A stretch of DNA of 64,000 nt, taken from NCBI GenBank assembly GCA_002245135.1, contig NGBS01000009.1:1-64000 (forward strand). The letters run 5' to 3'. The position numbers and the translations under genes were made by a program. The notes beneath the pieces are model-generated. The model worked only from the letters and a program-made list of their open reading frames with translations, made no database searches and had not been told where the DNA came from. This document shows, in pieces, positions 53,801-64,000 of this stretch. Every line of letters begins with the position of its first letter. The first letter of the stretch is position 1. The DNA comes from Proteromonas lacertae. Taxonomy: Eukaryota.

Positions 53801-56319
53801 TGAGTAGTAATGGAGGCCATGGAGGTGGTTCAGATGGTGGTGATGGTGATACTCCAATTATTCCAATTGATAAAGCTAGTGGATATGCTGGTTATCCTCC
53901 TGATTATGTTCACACTGATTTAGAGATATATAGTACTAATAATTATGATGTATTGCCAAGTGGTGGTAAAGCTGGTACAATTTCGAAAGGTGGAGATAGT
54001 GGAAGACAATCATCATTCCAGTATGGAGAAAATATTCATTATATTGATGGAGTATATTTATATTTATATATTATAATTATTATAGAAACCATTATTAGAA
54101 GGTGAAACAGGTTCATTCCATCCTCCAACAGCTGGTTATAGTTTAACAGGAGGTATAGGTGGTAGTAGTTTAGAAGGAGGAGGTGGTGGTGGTGCTGGTT
54201 ATTATGGTGGTGGTGGTGGAGGTGCTGGTATTGATGGAGCTGGAGGTGGTGGTGGTGGTTCATATGTTAATATTACTCATATGTATAAAGATCCTGAAGA
54301 TACAACTCCAAGTCAAGATCCTCAAGATATAAAACCATCATTTTATGTAATAAGAATAATGTGTAATAATATAACAATAGGTTGGAATGGTGCATTTATT
54401 GCTCGAAATTATCCTGATGTAATATCAGTTGGAATAGAATTTGCAGTTGGTTTATCTACTTTGAATTTCACTTATGTTGATGTAGTTCCATTATTACAAT
54501 CTCAATTCACAGTAAATGATTTAATTCCAATGGATATATATCGTATTAGAATATTCTATGTTTATCGTACCTTACCAATATCATTATATTCCGATCCATT
54601 AACATTTCCAAACACCATTATGTCGAACAAATGATTGGAATGAATTAGATCCAAGACCAAATATAAATATAAAGAATGAAAGTTATCGATCTCCTGATTA
54701 TCCAATCAAAGCCATTCCATCTCCAAGAAGAGGTCATACACTTGCAGTAGTTGATAATTATGTTTATATGTTTGGTGGTTTTACTGAAGGTTATAATTGT
54801 GAAATATTACATGGTTATGAATGTTATGTAGGTAGTGACAGTAAATCATATTGGATTGATTCAGAAGGTAAAATAAGTGCATTAGATACAACGAATGAAT
54901 TATGGAAATTAAACCCAATGTCAATGATATTTGAAGAATTAATTCCAGATAATGGAACAGATCATTCCTGAACCAAGAGAATTACATTCAGCTTCAGTAG
55001 TTAATAATACAATGTATATATATCATATTTATATTTATTATAGTTATATATTTGGTGGAAGAAATGGTGAAGATGATAATGAAGGAAGAGATGATTTTTG
55101 GACATTAGATATTGATAGTGATGAATATAGATCATTTGATTATAATAATTCTACAACATTGAATGAAGGAAAGAATGTTTATACATATATTGAATCTTCA
55201 TCAAATTATAGTGATAGTTACTGTTTATCATCTATAAATGTGACAATTACAATAAATCATCGATGTGTAGAAGAATTGGATATATTCTTAATAAAAATTG
55301 CGAATTATGAATTAGATGGAGCTGGTTTAAAAAGATTGAGATTATGGAGATCAAATAATAATGGAATTTGTCATAATTTCACAGTATATTATATAATTAT
55401 TTGATTATTTGTTTATTTATTTATATAGAAAGTGACATTTAGTGATAATGGAATAGATGTAAGTCTATTAAGAAAATATGAAAATTCCATAATCAAACCA
55501 ATCGATTTATTCTCTAATTTTATGAATACTCATTCTTCCGCTAATTTTTCATTACAAATCATTGATCGAGTAAGTAATGGTAATGCTGGTGAATTAGTAG
55601 ATTGGAGTATATCAATTGCATCTCATCATTGTCCATTTGTATTTAATTGGAGAAAAATCGAAAGTGTTAGTGAAAATAAACCTCCTAGACGATATGGTCA
55701 TGCTTCAATCGTATTGGATAATTCAATTTACATATATGGTGGTTATAGTAAAGGTGTATTACATGATTTATGGCGATATGATATATATGATAATAAATGG
55801 ACTGAATTAATATCTCCTTCTGATATTCATATTCCTTATTCATTTCGTTCAATGTTAGTAACTCCTTACAATTTAATGTGTTATGGTGGTTATTCTTCTA
55901 GTGGATATAGAGAAGTAGATCAAATCGATGTATTGAAAAGATTTACTGAAGAAATCGAAGTAAGTGGAAATTCAACAATGAATAGTAAATCACATCCTGT
56001 ATCTCGTTATATGACTTCAATGGTTCTTACTAAATCTAGATATAATGAAGATCAATATATAATGTATGGTGGATATGATGGTATTCGAATATATGGTGAT
56101 TTATGGAGTTTGACATTGAGTGAATGGGGAAATAAAAGAGCTGAATTAGCAAAAAGCTATTTGGATGATCATTGTCGATTATTGGATAGTTCATTAGAAG
56201 TAGTAGAACATTGGGTTAATAGTTGTGGTGCAGAAAAGCCAAGTGAGGTTTGCAATCCTTATGAACTTCTTGATTATGCTTTTTGTAAGAATACTTATCA
56301 AACAATTGGATTTTTGTAA
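50878..56319 (+). CDS. Large secreted multidomain protein: FN3 repeats, Gly-rich (ALK/LTK-like) domain, Kelch repeats interrupted by a proprotein-convertase P-like domain
   Basis: Signal peptide; LHWYAPFN, LFWLPVKDNGIPVDSYSIQY, GLTNYTTYIFRCKAN; IKAWGAGGGG...GGWPNGG..GGGGGYSG; PSPRRGHTL, PEPRELHSA, PPRRYGHAS; INVTITINHRCVEELDIFL...LQIIDRVSNGNAGELVDWSI. Confidence 0.75.
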
Positions 56320-56466
56320 TTAATATAATTTATCTAAAGGTTATTATTATTTTTATTATTATTTCTTTATGTTTTTATTTTTTATGTAAAAAGAACATAT
56401 GTAGGCTTGACTCTCTGTTTGAGATCTTTTATTTTTGAATTGATATTGTGATTGTTATAAGTGAAA

Positions 56467-58571
56467 ATGATTAATATAAAATGTGAAAATGTATTAGATA
56501 GTGACTATGAAGTATAAATAGATAATAATTTAATGAAAATAGGTAGTAGAAGAAAAAGAGAGTGTGAAGATAATAAAGAACAAAATGAGTGGTATTTATG
56601 AATGTTTGAAGGTGATCAACACTTCCAAATTGAATGAAGATGTAGTGAAGAGAGTTTTTAGTAAGATTGAGAGAGTGAATAATGAAAAGCAGTGAAAATC
56701 TGATGAAATACCATAAATTGAATGTTGATTGAAGATAAATTCTATCGATTAATGCCTTATATAAGAATAAACTTAGGAGAGATAAATCCTTTGAAATATT
56801 GTCGAAGAAATTGGTACATATGCTGTATTATGTGGAATATGTAATGGATTAAAGAGTTTACATATGTTGAATATATCACATGGTGATTTAAAACCATCTA
56901 ATATCTTTTTAGATAAAGAGAATGAAGTGATATTGAGTGATTATTTAAACAATGAATTATTCAAAGGAAATGAAGGTGAAAAAGATATATGGAAATGAAT
57001 GATAATATATGTTTATCAGTTATGACGAAATAATTGGAGATGAAGTGAGTAAAGAAAGTGATATTTGGAGTTTTGGATGTATATTTTATTATGTGATAAG
57101 TGGTAAATTAATATTCAAAGACAAAACTCCATTCAAAACAATGAAGAATATAATAGAATGTAAATATGAGAAGTTTGAATGTGAATTTGAAAAAGAATTG
57201 AATGGTTTATTAAATAAGATGATGTTGAAAGAAAAGAATAATCGAATATCAATTGATGAAATATTGAATGAATTAAAGATAATACATGAAGTAAAATATT
57301 TACCTGAAGTAGTTGAAATGGAAGAAGAAGAAGAAGAAGAAGAAATAGAAGGATTAGATGTAAAAATTAGTATAAATATGATATTAATATGAATAAAATA
57401 GAAGAAAGAATAGATAATGCTTTAAATGAGATGATAAATGAAAATCAACAACAGTGGATTTTAAACGGTGAATGTATTATTGTTATTATTTATTTAAATA
57501 GATTTTGATATAGAAATAAGAGAAGTCGGTGCATTATATTTGAGTAGAAAATTGAAATTATATCCATTCATTACAGTTATTGACTTAAATAGTATTTATA
57601 TTATTGTTATTTATAATGATAGGTAATAAAATGGGTGATGAATGGTTTTAATCATATTTGTAAATCATTCAAACATCTTCCTGAATTGAAAGAATTGGAT
57701 GTTGGTTATAATGATATTACTTCAATTGGAATGAAATATTTTGTAGAAAATATTCAATTCATTCTCAAATTAGAAGAATTAGATTTAGAAGGTATTTTTG
57801 TTTTGTTTTTTATAATAATATAGATAATCAAATAGGAAAAGAAGGAATGGAAATATTAAGTGAGAATTTACATTTACTTCCAAACATAAAATGGTTGAGT
57901 TTTTATGGTATTATTACTTTAATATTACAATGAATAGATTGTCATATTGGTGATGATGGTTTTAAAATCTTCTTTTCTCATTTGAAAGATATTCCAAATT
58001 TAGAATATTTGAATTTGGTTGTATTTTATTTTATTCTATTCTATATTTTAATAGTAAATGTTTTAACAGATGAAAGTGTAAAAGTATTTTGTGATAATAT
58101 TCAATATATCACAAAATTAGAAGAATTAGATTTAGAAGGTATTTTTGTTTTGTTTTTTATAATAATATAGATAATCAAATAGGAAAAGAAGGAATGGAAA
58201 TATTAAGTGAGAATTTACATTTACTTCCAAGCATGAAATGGTTGAGTTTTTATGGTATTATTACTTTAATATTACAATGAATAGATTGTCATATTGGTGA
58301 TGATGGTTTTAAAATCTTCTTTTCTCATTTGAAAGATATTCCCAATTTAGAATATTTGAATGTTGATTGTATATTATTGTATTCTATTCTATATTTAATA
58401 GATAAATGTTTAACAGATGAAAGTGTAAAAGTATTATGTGATAATATTCAATATATCACAAAATTAGAGAAATTGAATATTATGGTATAACAACATCACA
58501 AATAAAGAAGAAATCAAAAGAATGAATCAAAGAAAATCATCCAAACAAAGAATTGTAATGTTGAGATTTAA
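56467..58571 (+). pseudogene. Atypical/pseudo kinase + LRR protein (copy B), many frameshifts (pseudogene or unpolished repeat), three extra LRR exons
   Basis: Highly similar to the reverse complement of 21849-23592, including introns and flanks. Confidence 0.75.
57767..58460 (+). repeat. Direct tandem duplication, 2 x 347 bp (three LRR exons + three introns)
   Basis: aaattagaagaattagatttagaaggtatt starts at 57767 and 58114; register resumes at 58461. Confidence 0.9.
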
Positions 58572-58779
58572 ATAATCGTTTATTATTATTATTATTATTC
58601 ATATTCATTTTAACATTCTTTTACACATTATACTATTCATTTCGTAAATCATTCTCATCTTTTACTATAGAATTCATTCAAACCCTTTCATTCTCATTTC
58701 ATTTAGATTTTATAAATATTTGACTTTCTAATCAATTAAAATACAAAAAACAAACAAATAAAATCATATAGAATTTATA

Positions 58780-60725
58780 TTATTCTACATCTTCATTTCG
58801 AATTAATGTGAAATGAATTACTGCTTCTTCTTTTTCACTTCGGTTTGACAAAGAATAACGAACATTTTTAGGAACATACAATGTATTACCTTCTCTCAAT
58901 AAATATTTCTTATCTTCGATACTTATTATCAACGAATTCTCTTGACACGATACTACATACATCACTATTACACTCATTTTGGATTTTTCTTCCTTTTTAT
59001 CATGTTTTGGATCAATTCGAAATACTCCACAAGTAAAACATTTCTTCAATGTTAAACCACTATTCACTCTTACGCCTTCACTAACACTCATTATATTATC
59101 ACTATCACCAATAAATCGAAATCTACCACTTTTGATTTTATTTTTGTTTTTATCTATTCCTATTGTTACTTCACAATGTTCAGGATCATCTTCTTCTACA
59201 TCACTTGGATATTCTAAAGCTTCATTTTTCACCTTTTCTTTCTTCACTACTTTTCTTTCTGTTTTTCTCTTTCTATTTATATAATAATATTAATAATATA
59301 TTAATTTATATATATATATATATATACTTTCTTTCAGGTTCTTTTACTCCATAATCTACTACTTTCACTTTGGATTTCGAAATGAATAAATGTTCTCCTT
59401 TCCAATATTGTAATGGCTTAAATCTCTTTCGAGGAGTTTTTGTCTTTGCTATATTATCTTTACTAGTATCTCTTATTGACACATCTGTTCCACTTACTAT
59501 CAATTCATCATCTTCTTCATCATCATCTTCATCTATTTGAGATTATATTATGAGATTCATTTCTATAATCATTATCTTCATCATCATCATCAATTATTGT
59601 ACTTGTACTATCATCTAATATAAATGAACTGTAATTCAGATAAGATCTATTCGTTTTATTATTATTATTCTTATTATTCTTTTTAGATGAATCTTTTGAT
59701 GGAGTTATTATAGTTTTTGCTTTGGAAGAGGATGTTGGTGTTTTATTATTATTTTTGGATTTTAATATTTTCTTTTTACCATTTGAATTTCTAGATGTAA
59801 ATGAAAGATTATCTAAACCATTATTATTATTATCACTTTCATTACTTATATCATTATCATTCGCTACACTATCAAAATTACTTGATAAATTCGTCTTTAT
59901 ACTCTTTCTTTTTTTCAAATTACTACTTTTTCGTTTTTCTTCAATTATTGATGGTGGAGATGGTAAACTATTATTACCTATATCATTATCATCATCATAT
60001 TCTATTGCTCCTTGATGGAGTCGATTTTCTTCTTCTTCTATCACTACTATTCAATATTGAACTATTTCTTGAATTGGAATTGGAATTGGAATTTGGTCGT
60101 TTATCTTTATTTTCACTTTTTCTTGGAGTTGGAGTATTTGATTTGGGTATTGGAGAGACATCTGGAGTTGGTATATCAGCAGGTTCATCGTCTTGTATTT
60201 CTTTTAATCCTTCTGCTTTCTTCTTCAGAAAATGAATTATTTTCTTCAATTATTGGATTAAATGAAGGAGATTTCGTTGTTTTCGGAGTATTTTCAACAC
60301 TTACACTTTTTCTTGACGATTGGCGTTTTGAATGTTCAGATACTATCATAGAATTACTTTCATCGGATATTGAATTATTTCTTTTACGAATATGATCAAA
60401 GATTTCGGTATTTCGTGGCTCTGGTAATTCCAGGATCTATACTGCTTCTTGTAGATTGATTATTCATGATAATTTCATCAACTATTCAAACATTATTCTA
60501 TTTTTGCAATATACTTTTGTTTAAGTCAGCAACAAATACAGCAGGCTTATATTCATATCTATCTGATGATAGTATAGTTGTAGGTTTTCTATTGGATGCC
60601 TATTGAATATAAACACAAAAAATACTTCAATATTCAGCATAGACGATAGTTTTTTTCTTCTTGGCTCATCATATGTCTATTAAAAATAATATAAATGGCT
60701 TCAATACTGTTTTTAATGATTCCAT
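58780..60725 (-). CDS. CENPC: Centromere protein C (Mif2/Cnp3)
   Basis: CENP-C motif TPRKRFKPLQYWKGE and C-terminal cupin (LREGNTLYVPKNVRYSLSNRSEKEEAVIHF); disordered N-terminal part. Confidence 0.85.
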
Positions 60726-61208
60726 TATTCTTTAAATTCAAATTTAAAAAACAAAAGATCAAATCATAATCAAATAGTTATCAAAACGACTTAATATTTA
60801 GAAACAAAAATATTTGCTTAACCTTGATAGTTAATTAGACTTATGACATAATATACACCATCACATATATCAATACTAGTATTTTAATATGTTACTTATT
60901 TAATTTTTGTTTTAGAAAAAAGAAAAAAAAGAGAAAAGAAGAGTAGGAATGAGGAGTAACATATTCTCTTTGCCTAATGCGTATAGGCATTGTTTATGTC
61001 TCTTTACGATATATATAACATTTATTTATAGAATTCAAATCAGAATCAAACATTTCAGTTTTTATTTTCTTGATTTTATCCTAAGTGATTGATATAAATC
61101 ATCTATATAAGTTATGATGGTGGTTTGAGTAATTTGGAGTTTAAACTTCATTTGTTATCCACAACAAACATAGAATAATATTAATATCAATAATAACTAT
61201 AATAGTAT

Positions 61209-64000
61209 TTATTCTTCTTGACACAATTTAATAAACACTTCTTCCAAAGAAGATTGATTCATACTCCATTCTCTTATTGCATCATCTTTCACTTCATGCA
61301 ATTTTTCAAATACACTAGTTATATCATTATTCTCACAATTCAATTGATAAGTTCTTGTTTTACCTGAAGTTCTAACAACTGTTGCTGTTGGACATACATT
61401 CTTCATGATAATATTATCAACTTTATCCCATTCTTCATTAGGAGATAATACTTTCAGTTTATATCCACTTCCATATTTGTTTTTCAAATGTTGATGAGTT
61501 CCAATACATTGTAAACTTCCATTTACCATTATTCCTATTTCACTGCATAATGCATCAGCTTCTTCCATTGAATGAGTTGTTAATACAATTGATAATCCAC
61601 TCTCTTTTACATCTTTTATAACATCCCATATAAATCGACGATTCTCTGGATCTAATCCTGTTGTTGGTTCATCTAACAATATCAATTTCGGATTTCCTAA
61701 TAGTGATATTGCTAAAGACAATCTTCTTTTATTTCCACCACTTAAAGCACCAGGACATAAATAAAAAACATCACCATCAAGATTTAATGATTCAGCTGCA
61801 CTTGTTATTACAGATTTTATCATTTTCAATGATACTCCTTTTAATAAACTGTAAAACTCTAAATGTTCTTTTATTGTTAAATCATTCCATAATACATCAA
61901 ATTGAGTACAAACACCAACTAATTCTCTTACATCACTAATTCCATTTACTAAATGATTATCTATCATTATTTCACCTGAAGTTCTTTGCTGTAAACCACT
62001 ATAAAGATATAAAAACAACAAATATACCATAATATTTCTAATGATGTTGTTTTACCAGCTCCATTTGGTCCTAACAAGCCAAATATTTCATTTTCTTTTA
62101 CTTTTAAACATAAATCTTTAACTGCAGTTTTTGTACTTCCTCTTGATTTAAATATTTTCTTTAAATTCTTTATATAGATCAAATCATCCTTTTCTACTCC
62201 TTTCATCACAGAATCATTCAATTGTTTTATATCTTCATCCATATCATCATCTATATCTACTGTTGTAATTCCTTCTTTATCAACTAATTCAGAATATACT
62301 TTTTCTTTAGAACAGGTAGGTAACTGTGGAAAATGTATATTATTGATATGAAAATATACTGTAGAATAATCATGAATCATTATAATCATCAATCCAATTA
62401 TCAAAAGAATAGTGGAAATAATAAACATCCAATAGAAACATTGGTTAATCTGAAAATCACCATTAATTACATCACTTCCATACTAAAATGAAATATAAAA
62501 ATAGAATTATACTGCAAGAAATCCAGTAACAATATGAGCAAAAGCAAATGGTGGTAATAACTGTAAAATAAGTGGATATTCTGTTTCACTAAAAAGAATA
62601 TATATACTACAAATATATATACAATTCCATCACATTTGTAACAACAGCTGGAGCAATAAATATAATCAAAGCAAATGATCTTTGAAACTGCTTTACTTCT
62701 TATTATTGAGGCAATGAAGAAAATAATACAAACTTGACAGTAAGACCATAAGAAATATGTCAAAAACATCCACAAATAATTCGCTGAATCATAAGCAATT
62801 GAACCAACAATTTTACTATGTTTATATATATATATATAATTATTATACTTCAATATTAACAACAATATGCAACTTATAAATGGATAAATGAAACAATATA
62901 TGGCATTACCAATAACATATGTTGAAAAATTCAAACCATGTAACTTCATTTGAGGCAATAATCTTCCATTCAATTCTTCAACTATAATTGATAAGCCTGG
63001 AGACATTAACATTAACATTGTTAAAATGGAGAAAACTGATTGTAATTTACCTCCTTCAGGATCATATAAAGGAATATGCTCAAAATCTGGAAATGTGTAA
63101 TATGAAACATCAATAAAACTATCATTTTCTTTATTTAACAGCTATAGAGATTATATTAACAACAAAAAATACTTTATATTGAGAAGCTAAGCCATTATCC
63201 ATCATATTTGCATATATGAATGAATCACATATTGAATATAATTTCAATGAATCAGAAGAGTAAGCATAATAACATTTTGAATCATAATCATTGGATGAAA
63301 TCTGTGTTGGATTCTTACGACTATTTAGATTATATTATAAACACTTATATATATACTAAATTGAATAATCAAAATCGATTCTATTGGATGATTGTTGTAT
63401 TCTGTCAAATTTTAATCCTCCAACTGGATAATTTTCATCCACAATTGAACAAAAATCATTAATTGAATCACAATTGACTTTATTATTTATTGTATTAATA
63501 CCAACTATATTATCTCCTAAAATATCATTGGAATATTTAAAATCAACTTTGAATTTTGTATCAGTATATTCTCCATCTAAATTATCATCAACAATACCAC
63601 TGAAATTCCATGAATCAATACTATCTTTTACAGCAGATGTATCTATTAATATCCTAACTGCATTATTGTCATGACAATTAGTAGATGAATATGCACTAAA
63701 TACAAAAAATATATTAATAAATATACGCTAAAGTACTCTTTATATTGACCCATTTAAATTCATTACGATCATTGTAATGACTATCACATTCGCTATACAT
63801 ATTATCAAACTCTCTTATAAAGTCATCAACATTACAATAATTATTGTGACCCTAATGAATATATACATATGATATGAAAATATATACTCTTCCTTTGCAT
63901 AATGGTGCATCATTGACTTTTGCTCCAACTAAAGCAGATACTAATACAAGAATAACAAAAAAAATAAAGGCACAACAATTACTTTTCTTTGATTTAAGTT
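61209..64000 (-). CDS. ABCA: ABC transporter subfamily A (runs off the window end)
   Basis: [82 protein letters not shown]; upstream TMs. Confidence 0.92.

Noticed and set aside
23749..60725. Chromosome-segregation gene cluster (SCC3, cyclin, Claspin-like, TRF-like, CENP-C)
   Set aside because: Interspersed with unrelated genes over 37 kb; consistent with chance in a compact genome.
60726..60750. CHR (TTTGAA) G2/M element upstream of CENP-C
   Set aside because: The hexamer is too common in DNA this AT-rich to be informative.
60730..61200. Possible small ncRNA (TGCCTA-N7-TAGGCA hairpin at ~60971-60989) in the CENP-C/ABCA intergenic region
   Set aside because: No convincing C/D, H/ACA, Sm or tRNA motifs; an Infernal/Rfam search would be needed.
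1..64000. Genes whose stop codon is created by polyadenylation; alternative genetic code
   Set aside because: Every gene end I could trace has a genomic TAA, TAG or TGA, and internal stops are explained by introns or frameshifts.
1..64000. Prokaryotic systems (CRISPR, operons, defence islands), rRNA, tRNA
   Set aside because: The sequence is intron-containing eukaryotic DNA; no spaced repeat arrays or RNA-gene signatures were seen.

Overview
Very AT-rich, gene-dense eukaryotic nuclear DNA with many ~24-40 nt GT-AG introns. Two mastigoneme-type EGF genes indicate a stramenopile. Mini-introns, very short UTRs and TGTTTGTT-like motifs after stop codons suggest the Blastocystis/Proteromonas (Opalinata) group (inference). 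About 30 genes or fragments can be read once introns and scattered single-base frameshifts (probably assembly indels) are allowed for. Highlights: (1) an ~11.7 kb gene for a giant class C (7tm_3) GPCR with about nine tandem bacterial UrtA/AmiC-like periplasmic-binding domains, plus a GRK 28 kb away; (2) two dispersed, inverted copies of a (pseudo)kinase-LRR cassette with exon-modular 28-aa LRRs, an exact 3-exon tandem duplication, and differences concentrated at predicted ligand-facing LRR residues, a candidate diversifying receptor family; (3) many ciliary genes (meckelin and tectonic head-to-head across 70 bp, INPP5E-like, CFAP157/BBOF1-like, two mastigoneme proteins); (4) readable promoter motifs: TCRAGC(C), an identical E2F-type 15-mer before SCC3 and a Claspin/Mrc1-like gene, and a Myb-type CAACGG with a micro-inversion before the mastigoneme paralogs. 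All family calls come from motif recognition by eye; no searches were run. Exon boundaries are approximate.
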